NCBI GenBank assembly: GCA_042218075.1 | Contig: JBDGRK010000005.1 | Coordinates: 68,716 to 132,715, forward strand | DNA length: 64,000 nucleotides | DNA from: Candidatus Nanohaloarchaea archaeon | GTDB taxonomy: Archaea > Nanohalarchaeota > Nanosalinia > Nanosalinales > Nanosalinaceae | Direction: 5' to 3' | Part shown: positions 39,813 through 50,276 of the stretch, one piece after another | Layout of the letters: each line of letters begins with the position of its first letter | Numbering within the stretch: position 1 is the first letter of the stretch | Made by a program: the position numbers and the translations under genes | Notes under the pieces: model-generated | Seen by the model: only the letters and a program-made list of their open reading frames with translations | Told to the model about the DNA's origin: nothing | Databases searched by the model: none

Positions 39813-40184
39813 AGCGGGATGACGCCTTGGCACCTGACAGGTGCCGACTCGCGCCGACCGCGAAAAACTAAAACACAGGGAAAATCCACACCTGCCATCT
39901 CTACACCGTGGAAATTCTCAGGGCGACTGTCGCTTGCAAGGTGGCGGTCGTCCCCGGAACATTTTCAGCCATCCAACTCTGCCAACTGAAAAAGGTGTCT
40001 ACAATCGACGCGAACACACGAAACTTCGAGACCGAGCTTCAGGCCCAGGAAGAAACAGGAGTGAGAATGGAAACTCAGCTCCACCAGGAAGCCACGGTCT
40101 TGACCGCGACAGCCCTTTAAAACAAACGGCCGGAGAACCATTTTTCCTCCTCTCAAGACGTAATGCTTTTACACACCTCCGGCC

Positions 40185-40217
40185 ACAGGGAGAAATCCCT
40201 GTCATCCCTCTTTTTTT
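40185..40217 (+). terminator. GAAA-loop hairpin plus oligo-T
   Basis: ACAGGGA-GAAA-TCCCTGT then T7; may also serve as a T-arm-like element. Confidence 0.5.
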
Positions 40218-40689
40218 ATTCGGATGCAGCCGACTCGAAAGCCGCCCAGCCGTTCGCTATTGAATCAAGAATTGAGGTGAAGGATCTGGCCGGTTTGATG
40301 ATTTTTCTCCTGCCTTTCTCCCCCTCGTTCCTGCCCCGGTACTCAAGGTAGTCGTACTTTATCACGCCAAGCCTTCTGAGCTTGGGGAGTATATTGTTCT
40401 TCAGGTTGCTCTTGCCCTTCTCATGACCCCATTCATCGAAGGAATTCAGCTTCTCAGAGTCTATTTCTCCCTCATCCTTGAGTTCCCGGAGAAAAATCTT
40501 CGCGTACTTGTTCCTCTTCGGCGACTGCTCCTGGGGGAAGAAGAGATCAACGATCTTCTCCCAGTTCCACGCCCTCTCCGACTTCTTGTACTTCTGCCGG
40601 TCCTCCGGGATCGCGATCGAATGTTTTGTTACGATAGTGGAAGTCTTTCTCGCGGTTTCGTCCACGAAAGGATGATCGTCTTCGGTCAT
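40216..40689 (-). CDS. Putative winged-helix DNA-binding protein
   Basis: 157 aa, unusually basic for this proteome; ILPKLRRLGVI helix followed by a wing-like hairpin. Confidence 0.65.
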   Translation of the reverse strand: MTEDDHPFVDETARKTSTIVTKHSIAIPEDRQKYKKSERAWNWEKIVDLFFPQEQSPKRNKYAKIFLRELKDEGEIDSEKLNSFDEWGHEKGKSNLKNNILPKLRRLGVIKYDYLEYRGRNEGEKGRRKIIKPARSFTSILDSIANGWAAFESAASE

Positions 40690-40699
40690 GTAACTCTCT

Positions 40700-40717
40700 T
40701 AACAAAGGAGGTATATC
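40700..40717 (-). promoter_or_regulatory. 18-bp box GATATACCTCCTTTGTTA just upstream of the wHTH gene start
   Basis: Matches GATATACCTTCTTTATTA at 51977-51994 at 16 of 18 positions. Confidence 0.55.
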
Positions 40718-40737
40718 AATTTTTCACACCTTCCCAG

Positions 40738-41228
40738 CTAAACCAGAATCAGAAAAAATACTAGGCCGGATAACGTCAGAAAAAGCTCATAAGTTATTAT
40801 AAAACGATTCTGGATGTAGAAAGAAACGTAATCCCCCAGTCTTTCCAGGTTGCTTATTGAGAAATCTCCTTTCGAGATTTTATTTGAAATAGACTGTATT
40901 CATTTTCCCTGAAAGGATAGAAAAAGAAAACACCTGTAGTCCTGGCGCACAAATAATCATTAAATAGGTGAAAAAATGTATGAAGCAGTAGTCTCACACC
41001 CAGAACTGAATTGAAAATTGAGACAATAGAGGAAATAACTATCCAGAACCCGGGAGCATGGAAAAGAGACCTGTGATGGTCCCTGACCGTTCTTGCAGTA
41101 AGTATATCAAGATCCGGTAGCATGGAGAAAAGAAATGCTGACGCCATTACTGGAACTGAAACCTCCAGAAAACCTGATTCAGAGAGAAGAAACGTAATCA
41201 AAAATCCGGAAGTGCCGTGGAAAAGCGT
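40738..41228 (-). pseudogene. Disrupted YdjM-like metal-dependent hydrolase membrane protein
   Basis: FHG, SMLPDLD, HHRSLFH, HLFND motifs; probable start is ACG and the C-terminal TM segment lies in the +1 frame. Confidence 0.55.
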
Positions 41229-41265
41229 GAAAATGCTATATTTTAGGAATTCAAACAGTTATAAT

Positions 41266-41838
41266 TCAGTGTTTTCTGTTCACATACTTTATCTTCCAGC
41301 CATCCCTGAATCTCTCCAGCCCGGTTACAGAGCAGTTGTCAAGCTCCAGCCTCCATACCTGCCTAGAATCACAGTTGAGTATGTAGGCGATCATCGCCCT
41401 TATAGTGCCTCCATGACAGACTACCAGAACTCTCTCGTAATCTTCTTCAGTCACTTCACCCAGTACCTCTGAAGCTCTATCCTTGTGCTCTTTCAGGCTC
41501 TCTCCCTCCTCAGGTTTCCATTCGTGGTGATCCTCTGTTTCAATCTCGTGCCACCTCTGGCTCGGCTCGTCGTGAAGCTCTCCGAGATGTCGCTCCCTGA
41601 GTTTTTCCGTCTCTTTGATTTCAATAGCTCTATCCTCAACAAGGATTTCCGCGGTTTCATATGCTCTGCTGAGGTCGCTTGAGTAAACCCCATCGAACTC
41701 AATATCCGAAAGCTTTTCTCTCAAGTTTTTCGCCTGCAGCCTTCCTCTCTGTGTAAGCTCCGAGTTGATCTGTCCCTGTATCAGATTCCTGCTATTATGC
41801 TCGGATTCTCCGTGCCTGACAAGGTAAACTTCCGTCAT
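41266..41838 (-). CDS. Histidine phosphatase (phosphoglycerate mutase family)
   Basis: LVRHGES, SSDLSRA, LRE, GES, CHGG. Confidence 0.92.
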   Translation of the reverse strand: MTEVYLVRHGESEHNSRNLIQGQINSELTQRGRLQAKNLREKLSDIEFDGVYSSDLSRAYETAEILVEDRAIEIKETEKLRERHLGELHDEPSQRWHEIETEDHHEWKPEEGESLKEHKDRASEVLGEVTEEDYERVLVVCHGGTIRAMIAYILNCDSRQVWRLELDNCSVTGLERFRDGWKIKYVNRKH

Positions 41839-41904
41839 GTAAATAAGTTCTCGGCCAGCTTTTGATAGATTGGCTTAAAAATTTCAGATTCGATTCCTGA
41901 AAAT

Positions 41905-42408
41905 ATGGATAATCAATACGAGGAACTTTCCAGAGAACAGCTTGCGGAGGTTCTCAGTGAGCTGGAAGAGAAAATAATGGAACTGGAAGAGGAAAGAGAT
42001 GAAATGGAAGAGAAAGCGAAGAAAGTGAAGGCCGACTTTGAAAATTACAGGAAAGAAGAGGATGAAAGGAAAGAAAAATGGAGGAAAGAGGCTGAGAGAG
42101 AACTTGCGGAGGGCATGATCGAAGTGATCGACAACCTGGAGAGGGCGATCGCATCAGCGGAAGAGGAGACCGGAGTTGTGCAGGGAGTGAAGATGGTGGC
42201 CGACCAGCTCTACGAGGAACTGAAGAAACGCGGGCTGAAAAAGATTGATGCGGAGGGAGAAGAGTTTGATCCGGAACTCCATAAAGCCGTGGAGACCAGG
42301 GAGCACGATGAACAAAACAGGGTTCTCGAGCAGAAGAGGAAGGGATACATGTTTGAGGACGAAGTGCTGAGAGAGGCAGAAGTCGTTGTGGGTGAAAGCG
42401 ATGGGTGA
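41905..42408 (+). CDS. grpE: Nucleotide exchange factor GrpE
   Basis: ADFENYRK, DNLERA, FDPELHKAV, GY...VLREAEVVV. Confidence 0.94.
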   Translation: MDNQYEELSREQLAEVLSELEEKIMELEEERDEMEEKAKKVKADFENYRKEEDERKEKWRKEAERELAEGMIEVIDNLERAIASAEEETGVVQGVKMVADQLYEELKKRGLKKIDAEGEEFDPELHKAVETREHDEQNRVLEQKRKGYMFEDEVLREAEVVVGESDG

Positions 42409-42646
42409 AAATCCCCTGAAATTTCTGAGGGATATGGAAATAGAGGATTCAGATCCGTACGAGCAGATCACTAGCGAGCTTGAGAAAAGGGCTATCGGCT
42501 TCTTTGAAAGGGAATGGGAAGTTGAGGAAGATGCCGCAATGGGACCCTACCACGGCTACAGCCTGGATCTTGAGGATGGCAGAAAAATCGAGATCATACT
42601 GGAATCAGGTACAGAAGATGCGCCTACTTACAGATTGAGGGATTGA
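42401..42646 (+). CDS. Small hypothetical protein
   Basis: Acidic 81-aa ORF between grpE and dnaK. Confidence 0.6.
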   Translation: MGENPLKFLRDMEIEDSDPYEQITSELEKRAIGFFEREWEVEEDAAMGPYHGYSLDLEDGRKIEIILESGTEDAPTYRLRD

Positions 42647-42700
42647 ACCTTCGTGTTTAAAAATTTTTATTGTTGTGTATAAAAACAGGTGTATTGTAAA

Positions 42701-44605
42701 ATGTCAAAGATAATCGGTATCGATCTCGGTACAACCAGAAGTGCAGTTGCAACAATCAAAAACGGAGAACCTCAGATTCTAGAAAACTCGGAAGGGGACA
42801 GAATCACGCCCTCAATAGTAGCTTTCGACGATGGAGAGAGACTGGTCGGGAAGCCAGCTAAAAATCAGATGCTCACAAACGAGGAAAACACTGTCAAGTC
42901 GATCAAGAGGCACATGGGAGAGGAATACGAGGTCGAGCTCGAGGGAGAGGAATACACGCCGCAGGAGATCTCCGCCATGATACTGCAGAAGCTGAAAAGC
43001 GATGCAGAAGATAAACTTGGAGAGGAAGTGGATAAAGCAGTCATCACAGTTCCAGCCCACTTCGACGACACGCAGAGACAGGCAACAAAGGATGCCGGAG
43101 AAATAGCAGGACTCGAGGTTGAAAGGATACTAAACGAGCCTACGGCTGCCTCGCTCGCCTACGGCCTCGACGATGAGAGGGAGCAGACAGTACTTGTGTA
43201 TGACTTCGGTGGCGGAACTTTCGATGTAACGATTCTTGAGATGGGAGACGGAGTGTACGAAGTCCAGTCAACCGAGGGAGACAACGACCTTGGTGGAGAC
43301 GACTTCGACCAGGAGATAGTCGACTGGATACTCGAAATCTTCGAGGAAGAGAACGGAATTGACCTTAGCTCGAACGATGAAGCGATGCAGAGACTTAGAG
43401 AGAACGCTGAAGAGGCGAAGAAAGAGCTATCCTCTAGAAAACAGACAAAGATCAACATTCCTTTCATCCACCAGGAGGATGGAGAGACTTACAATATAGA
43501 CTACGAGCTTACAAGGTCAAAGTTCGAGAATCTTGTTGAGGACCTGATCCAGAGGACCACAGAACCCACAGAGACAGCGATAGAGGACGCTGGAATCGAG
43601 AAGAGCAGTATCGACGAGGTTATACTTGTTGGAGGAACCACCAGAGTTCCGGCTGTGAGGGAGCACGTCCAGGCCATCACCGGACAGGAGCCCAGCAAGG
43701 AAGTCTCACCTGATGAAGCAGTGGCGATAGGAGCAGCGATCCAGGCAGGATCGATCTCGGGAGAGATGGACGACATCCTGCTTCTGGACGTCGCGCCTCT
43801 CTCACTGGGGGTCGAGGTCAAAGGTGGCCTGACGGAGACGCTGATCGAGAAGAACACCACAATTCCCGCAGAAGAGTCAAAGACCTTCACTACAGCACAG
43901 GACAACCAGTCAATGGTTACCGTTCACGTTGTACAGGGGGAAAGAGAGATGGCGAAAGACAACAAGTCGCTCGGCCAGTTCAATCTTGAAGGATTACCTC
44001 CTGCACCAGCGGGAAGGCCAAAGATCGAAGTGACATTCGAGATAGACGCCGACGGCATCCTCAACGTCTCCGCGGAAGAGCAGGAGTCGGGAGAGGAAGC
44101 CTCCATAACTATAGATGATGCCTCGAGACTCGATGAGGATGAGATCGAGGAAATGAAAGAAGAGGCAGAGAAACACGAGGAAGAGGACCGGAAGAGAAGA
44201 GAGTTTATAGAGACGAAGAACAAGGCGGATCAGATAATCTCCCAGGCAGACACCCAGATCGAGAACTTCGAGGACCAGGTTGATGAAGAAATCATAGATT
44301 CAGTTGAAGAAGCGATTGATAAAGTCGAGGAGGCGAAGCAAGATTCAGAAGAGATGGAAGATCTTGAGGAGGCGAAGCAAACTATTGATGAAGCGGTGGA
44401 AAAGCTCGAGGAAGAACTCCAGCAGATCGGACAGGAAATGTATGGAGGAGAAGGAGCAAGACCTGGTTTCGATCCCTCGAACATGAGCGAGGAAGACCTG
44501 AAGCAAGCAGCACAGAATATAGGTGGAGATCAACAAGGCTCTGAGGAAGTGGTTGACGCCGACTACGAGGAAGTAGATGAGGAGGAAGAAGAAAGCCAGT
44601 CCTGA
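42701..44605 (+). CDS. dnaK: Chaperone DnaK (Hsp70)
   Basis: [39 protein letters not shown]. Confidence 0.97.
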   Translation: MSKIIGIDLGTTRSAVATIKNGEPQILENSEGDRITPSIVAFDDGERLVGKPAKNQMLTNEENTVKSIKRHMGEEYEVELEGEEYTPQEISAMILQKLKSDAEDKLGEEVDKAVITVPAHFDDTQRQATKDAGEIAGLEVERILNEPTAASLAYGLDDEREQTVLVYDFGGGTFDVTILEMGDGVYEVQSTEGDNDLGGDDFDQEIVDWILEIFEEENGIDLSSNDEAMQRLRENAEEAKKELSSRKQTKINIPFIHQEDGETYNIDYELTRSKFENLVEDLIQRTTEPTETAIEDAGIEKSSIDEVILVGGTTRVPAVREHVQAITGQEPSKEVSPDEAVAIGAAIQAGSISGEMDDILLLDVAPLSLGVEVKGGLTETLIEKNTTIPAEESKTFTTAQDNQSMVTVHVVQGEREMAKDNKSLGQFNLEGLPPAPAGRPKIEVTFEIDADGILNVSAEEQESGEEASITIDDASRLDEDEIEEMKEEAEKHEEEDRKRREFIETKNKADQIISQADTQIENFEDQVDEEIIDSVEEAIDKVEEAKQDSEEMEDLEEAKQTIDEAVEKLEEELQQIGQEMYGGEGARPGFDPSNMSEEDLKQAAQNIGGDQQGSEEVVDADYEEVDEEEEESQS

Positions 44606-44662
44606 TCTTTTACGATCCCGGAATAATAATATAAAGGAAGAGAGTAGTTGAGTTAATACAGG

Positions 44663-45727
44663 ATGCTCCAGAGTATCAGGGATAAAATCGACAGGTATAA
44701 CACGGACAGGGCCGGACAGGTATTCTGGGCAGTAGTCGCCACGATAATTCTAGGAATCCTTCTCCACATGTCCGATGTCAGCAAGATGGTGGATGCCTTC
44801 CGGAGGGCGAACAAGGATTACATGTCACTATCAATTATCTTCGGTGCAACCGCGTTTGGTATATGGTCGATGAACTGGCACAACTTTTTCGAGATAACCG
44901 GTATAAAGGCAGGATTCGCAAGGACATTCCAGATATTCACCGCCAGCAGATTCCTGAACCTTGTGACACCCCTAGGACAGTTCGGCGGACAGCCAATCAT
45001 GTCGTACCTGGTCTGGAAGGAATCTAACGCCTCCTACGAGGAGGCTCTAGCGACGCTCTCATCCGCGGACCTGATAGTGATAATGCCTATAACCATCTAC
45101 ACGGGGATAGGATACCTTTACCTCAAGGCAAATGGCGTGGTACCGGCGGAGGTCCAGCAGGCCTCGACCCTGGCTTTGAGCCTGGCGACATTTGGTGTTT
45201 TCATGGGTTACATGGGATGGAGAAGACCCGCCATACTAAAGGATATACTATTCTTTATCGCAAGACAGGTGAGATTCTTCACAGGCAAGGACTCCAACCT
45301 GGTGGAAAAGATAGATCGCTTCTTAACCAACCTTGAGGACTCGTACAGGCATATTGGAAAGCATCCAAGAGGCATCTACACTTCATTCGCATTTGTCCAT
45401 GCATCGTATCTCTGCAAGATAATCGCTTTCTTCATAATCACGGTATCGCTCGGGATGAACATGAGCTTCTTCGAGGCGCTGATACTGATTCCCCTGGTGA
45501 GCATTGCAAACTTCAGCCCGACTCCAGGCGGAACAGGGGCGGTGGAAGCAGCTCTATCCGGGCTCACGGTAGTGGTGGTCGGTGCATCGCTCTCCACAGC
45601 ACTGCTGGCCACACTGATTTACAGGATAGCCACCTACTGGCTCGGCGTCGTTCTGGGTTACGTTTCAATGGCTACTTTGAGCTTCGATGCGGACGAGTAC
45701 GCAGACTTCATGGCCCAGAGAAACTGA
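44663..45727 (+). CDS. Lysylphosphatidylglycerol synthase TM-domain / flippase-like membrane protein (UPF0104)
   Basis: NLVTPLGQFGGQP, PTPGGTGAVE, IYRIATYW. Confidence 0.82.
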   Translation: MLQSIRDKIDRYNTDRAGQVFWAVVATIILGILLHMSDVSKMVDAFRRANKDYMSLSIIFGATAFGIWSMNWHNFFEITGIKAGFARTFQIFTASRFLNLVTPLGQFGGQPIMSYLVWKESNASYEEALATLSSADLIVIMPITIYTGIGYLYLKANGVVPAEVQQASTLALSLATFGVFMGYMGWRRPAILKDILFFIARQVRFFTGKDSNLVEKIDRFLTNLEDSYRHIGKHPRGIYTSFAFVHASYLCKIIAFFIITVSLGMNMSFFEALILIPLVSIANFSPTPGGTGAVEAALSGLTVVVVGASLSTALLATLIYRIATYWLGVVLGYVSMATLSFDADEYADFMAQRN

Positions 45728-45769
45728 GAGCTGTAGAATCTTTTTATTCCTCAGGAATAATCATTAGTC

Positions 45770-46489
45770 ATGGAACTTAAGCCACTGATACCAAGCAGGA
45801 GACATTTATTTGAGCTGGGTTTCCTCTTTCTGGTATCACTAGTACTTCTCAACCCTCTGGAAATATCATTTTCGCTCGCATCAATAGATCTATCTCCAGA
45901 GTCGATCAAGAATGCGGTGCTGGGACTTGGAATGCTGGCACCGGTAGGGATGATTTTCCTTGACTGGCTGCAGGTAGTTATCGCCCCGATGCCTCCCGTC
46001 ACGATGGTGGCGAGCGGCTACACTTTCGGATTCCTGTTCGGAAGTCTCTACAGCTTTATAGGCATGTCTCTCGGGAGCCTGACTGCTATACTGCTTGGGA
46101 GAAAGTTTGGACAGAAAGTGGTGGAAAAAGTGGTCAGCGAGGAGCACATGGAAAAGTTCCACGACCTGACTCAAAGGCACGGTCTGATAGTCTTCACCGT
46201 TATATTCCTGTTTCCAGGCTTCCCGGACGATGTTGTGTGTTACCTCGCGGGTCTGACCGATCTTGACCTGAAAAAACTGTATCTTTCTGCATCACTTGGA
46301 AGGATACCCACTGTTTTGACCCTTACACTTACAGGAAACAGCATCGCCGTTGCAAACATAAAACTGATGGTTGGAGCGCTCGGGGTGTTCGGCGGCCTGA
46401 GTTACGTATCCGTCAGGAACGAGGAGAGAATTATACAGAGAGCTTCCAACCTTGAGAAGTCTCTAGAAGGTTTCATACCTGGATTCTGA
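45770..46489 (+). CDS. TVP38/TMEM64 (DedA/VTT) family membrane protein
   Basis: LQVVIAP, G..FG...G, FPGFPDD..CYLAGLT, GRIP. Confidence 0.85.
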   Translation: MELKPLIPSRRHLFELGFLFLVSLVLLNPLEISFSLASIDLSPESIKNAVLGLGMLAPVGMIFLDWLQVVIAPMPPVTMVASGYTFGFLFGSLYSFIGMSLGSLTAILLGRKFGQKVVEKVVSEEHMEKFHDLTQRHGLIVFTVIFLFPGFPDDVVCYLAGLTDLDLKKLYLSASLGRIPTVLTLTLTGNSIAVANIKLMVGALGVFGGLSYVSVRNEERIIQRASNLEKSLEGFIPGF

Positions 46490-46538
46490 ACAGATTCTTG
46501 GAAGGAATAAAAGTTTTAATGACGACAATTAAAATAAA

Positions 46539-47624
46539 ATGTCCAAGAAATACTACGAGCTCCTTGGTGTATCAGAGGACGCCTCACAGGAAGAGATAAA
46601 GAAAGCATACCGGGAAAAGGCTAAAAAGTACCACCCGGACTCCAATTCGGAGAAGGCGGACGAGGAAAAGTTCAAGAAGATCAACGAGGCCTACGATGTT
46701 CTTTCGGATGAAGATAAGAGGAAGAAGTACGACCAGTTTGGCGAGCAGGGAGTAGAAGGTCATGCTGGCAGAGGCCAGAGAAGAGCAGCATCCAACTTTC
46801 AGGATATCTTCGAACAGATCTTCGGCGGAGGAGGATTTGGTGGAAGGAGACAGAGACAGAAGAGCGGGGAAGACCTGAAGATGCATACAACCATCAGCCT
46901 AGAGGAAGCCTATCACGGGGTTGAGAAAACTTTCGAAGTGGAGAGGAAGGTAGAATGCTCCGAATGCAGTGGAACCGGTGCGGAAGGAGGAGAGACCCGT
47001 TCATGTGGAGAGTGCGGTGGAAGCGGAAGAGTCGAGAAGATGCAGAGGACACCTCTGGGTCGAGCGAGAACTGTAACCGAGTGCCCCAAATGCGGTGGAA
47101 GGGGTGAAATCCCTGAAGAGAAATGCAGTTCATGCGGAGGTGAAGGACTCGAAAGGAAGAAGGATAAGTTGAGCGTGGATATTCCAGCGGGCGCGAGAGA
47201 TGGTCAGGGGATGAAGATGCGTGGAGAGGGTAATGAATCTAGGACGGGAAGATCTGGAGACCTCTACCTGTATGTCAATATTGAAGAACACAATATATAC
47301 GAGAGGCGACAGGACGACCTATTCACGACAGTAAAGATCGGGGTTGGAGATGCAGCTCTTGGCACCTCCATCGAACTTGAACATCCTGACTCGGACATAG
47401 TCGGGGAGATTCCTGCTGGAACCCAGCCGGGACAGGTGCTGAAGTTTGAAGAAAAGGGAATGCCTCGACAGAGAGGCAGGGGAAATGGAGACATCTACAT
47501 AAAGATAGATGTTGAAATCCCCGAAGAACTCTCGGAGCATCAGAGAGAAATTATGGAAGAAATGAGGATTCAAAAGCAGAAAGATAAGTCTTTCTTTGAA
47601 ACTGTGAAAGACTTTATCTCCTAG
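46539..47624 (+). CDS. dnaJ: Chaperone DnaJ
   Basis: J domain HPD, G/F region, four CxxCxGxG repeats. Confidence 0.96.
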   Translation: MSKKYYELLGVSEDASQEEIKKAYREKAKKYHPDSNSEKADEEKFKKINEAYDVLSDEDKRKKYDQFGEQGVEGHAGRGQRRAASNFQDIFEQIFGGGGFGGRRQRQKSGEDLKMHTTISLEEAYHGVEKTFEVERKVECSECSGTGAEGGETRSCGECGGSGRVEKMQRTPLGRARTVTECPKCGGRGEIPEEKCSSCGGEGLERKKDKLSVDIPAGARDGQGMKMRGEGNESRTGRSGDLYLYVNIEEHNIYERRQDDLFTTVKIGVGDAALGTSIELEHPDSDIVGEIPAGTQPGQVLKFEEKGMPRQRGRGNGDIYIKIDVEIPEELSEHQREIMEEMRIQKQKDKSFFETVKDFIS

Positions 47625-48355
47625 ATCGCCTGTTTGATATAAGGAATAATGTACATTCCAAATACTCCGACTGAAAACACGATCAGGTGTCTTATCCACT
47701 GATCGCTCTGCTTGAACTCGGGAAGTAGGTCGCTGCCGGCTATATAGACAAAGTTTCCAATCACCAGTGGGAGGAGTATAGGAACTGTGGAGGCGGATAC
47801 CTCTGACAACACTATCACCATTCCAGCCCCCAGAAACATGAAAAGGCTAACTCCGACATTCACTGCGAGAGCCTTCAAGCGGGAGAAACCTCCATCAACC
47901 ATCACACCAAAGTCCCCAAGTTCTTTAGGAATCTTGTGAGCGATCACTGCTACAGTGGCGGCAACTCCTGTAGACACAGAGGCAAGAAAGCTTGCAGCTA
48001 TAAGAATCCCATCAAGAATATTGTGGAGAGAATCTCCGACAGCAAGCACATAGGGAATAGGTTCAGCATGGTTCTCCCGATGATGGCAGTGCCAGTGAAT
48101 CAGTCTCTCGAGTACAAAAGAACCTCCCATTCCAACCAGTATAAGCAGACCTGTGAACCTGCCGTAGCTGAACTTATTCGCCAGCCTGAAAACAAGGTGG
48201 ATGAAAACGCCTCCGAAGATTGTTCCTGCGGATAGTGAAATCAGGTATGGCATGAGAGAATCAAACTCTTCCCTGGAAACGAAAAGCAGGAAAGCTCCGA
48301 TAGCCGATAACAGAGACGTCACAATAAGGCTCAAAAACACCTCTCTCATTACCAT
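47621..48355 (-). CDS. ZIP family metal transporter
   Basis: HWHCHH loop, [21 protein letters not shown]. Confidence 0.88.
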   Translation of the reverse strand: MVMREVFLSLIVTSLLSAIGAFLLFVSREEFDSLMPYLISLSAGTIFGGVFIHLVFRLANKFSYGRFTGLLILVGMGGSFVLERLIHWHCHHRENHAEPIPYVLAVGDSLHNILDGILIAASFLASVSTGVAATVAVIAHKIPKELGDFGVMVDGGFSRLKALAVNVGVSLFMFLGAGMVIVLSEVSASTVPILLPLVIGNFVYIAGSDLLPEFKQSDQWIRHLIVFSVGVFGMYIIPYIKQAI

Positions 48356-48437
48356 AAAATTCACTTTGCTCGCAATCTTTTAACATCTCAAAAAAACGAA
48401 AGTGGAATAAGGTTTCTCGCATAATTAACTAGATATT

Positions 48438-48815
48438 ATGAAACTCGCACACACGATGCTCCGGACTGGTTCCCCACAGCAAATGATAGATTTCTACAGA
48501 GAGGCCTTTGGATTCGAGTTAAGAGAGAAGAAAGAGATGGACACATTCACGCTCTACTTCCTCAGGCATCCGGATCAGACAGCTGAACTTGAACTGACCT
48601 ACAACCATGGAAAAGACGATAAGTACGAGAAGGGAGAGGGATTCGGACACATTGCGATCCGTTCAGACGAAGATCAATCACTCGAGGAGGCGTTCCAGAA
48701 AGCGGTGGAAGCGGGAGGAGAGGATTACCGACCCCCGGAAGAATGTCCCGGCAACTACGCCTTCGTCAAGGATCCGGAAGGCTACGAGGTGGAGATACTG
48801 GGGAGAAGCGCCTAA
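48438..48815 (+). CDS. Lactoylglutathione lyase / VOC family protein
   Basis: HTMLR, LELTYN, GFGHIA, FVKDPEGYEVE. Confidence 0.88.
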   Translation: MKLAHTMLRTGSPQQMIDFYREAFGFELREKKEMDTFTLYFLRHPDQTAELELTYNHGKDDKYEKGEGFGHIAIRSDEDQSLEEAFQKAVEAGGEDYRPPEECPGNYAFVKDPEGYEVEILGRSA

Positions 48816-48855
48816 AGGCCAGGCGAATTTTAAAATTTGAGGGGTTTTTCACTTT

Positions 48856-50205
48856 ATGGTAGCTAAAGCTGAATTTTCCAGTGATCTCGGAGGGGAGTCC
48901 GGAAGTAGTATTGAAGATATAGGGTTCACATCAGTGTCCGGAGCTGAATTCATAGTCGAGCTTGACCGGATTACCGATTTTGATACCCCTAGTCATGAAA
49001 GTTTGAGGGATATTGTAAAAGCAACTATCAATCTACAAAAGAACAAATCGGGTGATGAAGAAATATCTACCGGTATAGATGATAAAACGGAAGACTGGGA
49101 GGAATTTTTCGTAGATTATGAACAAGTTATAACGATATATGGAAATATAGTGGAGGAAGGAGGTCAAGAGTTTGATCGTAATGATATTGATCAGAAAATC
49201 CAAGATCATGTTTCTTCAAATAGAGAGTCACAAGAGAATTTGGATGGCGACTCACTTGCGATCCAAAAAGGTTCAGAAGAACTGAGCGATATCATTCCTG
49301 AAAATATCTCTGTAAATATTCTGGATGGAGGTCTAATTCTAACCTCTTTAGCGAATACTTTCAACTACGATGTATCTGAGGAAGTACTAAGAAGTGAACT
49401 AGAAGATTATAGTAGGGGAGATAAAATCTCTGGTGAAAAATTGCTTGAAATCCTTGATAATATAACTCAAACGGCTGAAGAGCGGATCGTATACGATCTT
49501 GAAAGCCTTAAAGGGGTTTCTCTCAAAACAGATGAAAAATGCAAAAGTACGGAGGAAGTCGAATCATGGCTGAAAGAAGAAGAGTTGGACTGGAAAAAGG
49601 TTGATGAGGATAATGTAATTGAAAGGGATGAATCAAAAAATAATGAATTCGTCTGGAAAGAACTGGAAAGGAATAATTCAGATAAATATTCTACCTTGAT
49701 GCAAATAGAAGGGATCGATGAAGATGAAGCCGAGGAAATTATGGAACATGATGGGAACAGCAAGATGGCCAGAAAGATTCTGGAAACAGAATACAAGAAG
49801 GAGAATCTAGAAAAATTTATCGACTGGGATACTTTTGCCAAGGGATCCACATACAGTGAATCTGAATATCTGTTTGCCGAAATGGATGAAGATGAGAGAC
49901 ATGAAGTGATCGATAAAATGGTGGAGAATAGTAGCATAACCAAGACATGGACCCAAGGAGATACACTAATGGGATACGATGAGGATAAAGGGCATCCGGT
50001 TGCGCTGATATATTCTTACGAGCAGAAAATGGAAAATATGGCAAATAGCTCTAGTGGTATCTCAGAGATGCTGGAAGATGCGGGTCAATACGTCAATGAC
50101 TACGGGAAGTCTGCTCTTAAATCACTGGAAGTTGAAGAAGCTACAGGAAGTATAGAGGAAGAAAAGCTTGTCGAATATATAAATTCTGAATGGCGGATGT
50201 ATTAG
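48856..50205 (+). CDS. Very acidic hypothetical protein
   Basis: 449-aa ORF, AT-rich; possible HhH-like LMQIEGIDEDEAEEI. Confidence 0.7.
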   Translation: MVAKAEFSSDLGGESGSSIEDIGFTSVSGAEFIVELDRITDFDTPSHESLRDIVKATINLQKNKSGDEEISTGIDDKTEDWEEFFVDYEQVITIYGNIVEEGGQEFDRNDIDQKIQDHVSSNRESQENLDGDSLAIQKGSEELSDIIPENISVNILDGGLILTSLANTFNYDVSEEVLRSELEDYSRGDKISGEKLLEILDNITQTAEERIVYDLESLKGVSLKTDEKCKSTEEVESWLKEEELDWKKVDEDNVIERDESKNNEFVWKELERNNSDKYSTLMQIEGIDEDEAEEIMEHDGNSKMARKILETEYKKENLEKFIDWDTFAKGSTYSESEYLFAEMDEDERHEVIDKMVENSSITKTWTQGDTLMGYDEDKGHPVALIYSYEQKMENMANSSSGISEMLEDAGQYVNDYGKSALKSLEVEEATGSIEEEKLVEYINSEWRMY

Positions 50206-50276
50206 TCAGAAACCTTACTAGTACTATAGATCAAAAAACTGTTTATGAGCAGTTTTTCAATCTAATACCGAGATAA

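Larger units (their letters stand above)
39684..40217 (+). ncRNA. Large structured RNA of unknown class (tmRNA-like architecture)
   Basis: Own TATA box and oligo-T end; many 7-15 bp helices, several rich in G-U pairs on the + strand; 5' GGGATGA (39816-22) pairs with 3' TCATCCC (40202-08). Confidence 0.65.

Noticed and set aside
40076-40086. CAGCTCCACCA resembling a bacterial tmRNA 3' end
   Set aside because: It lies inside the internal ORF, with no canonical T-loop before it and no complementary 5' acceptor strand; treated as coincidence
39684-40217. Large RNA as SRP RNA or RNase P RNA
   Set aside because: CAGGCCCAGGAAG cannot form the SRP helix-8 GGAA stem. GGGAAAAUCC only loosely resembles the RNase P GAGGAAAGUCC motif and no matching 3' P4 strand was found. 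A covariance search is still needed.
929-47699. Many Ser/Phe/Leu-rich 60-260 aa ORFs overlapping known genes
   Set aside because: They are antisense or alternate-frame shadows of GAR-rich acidic genes
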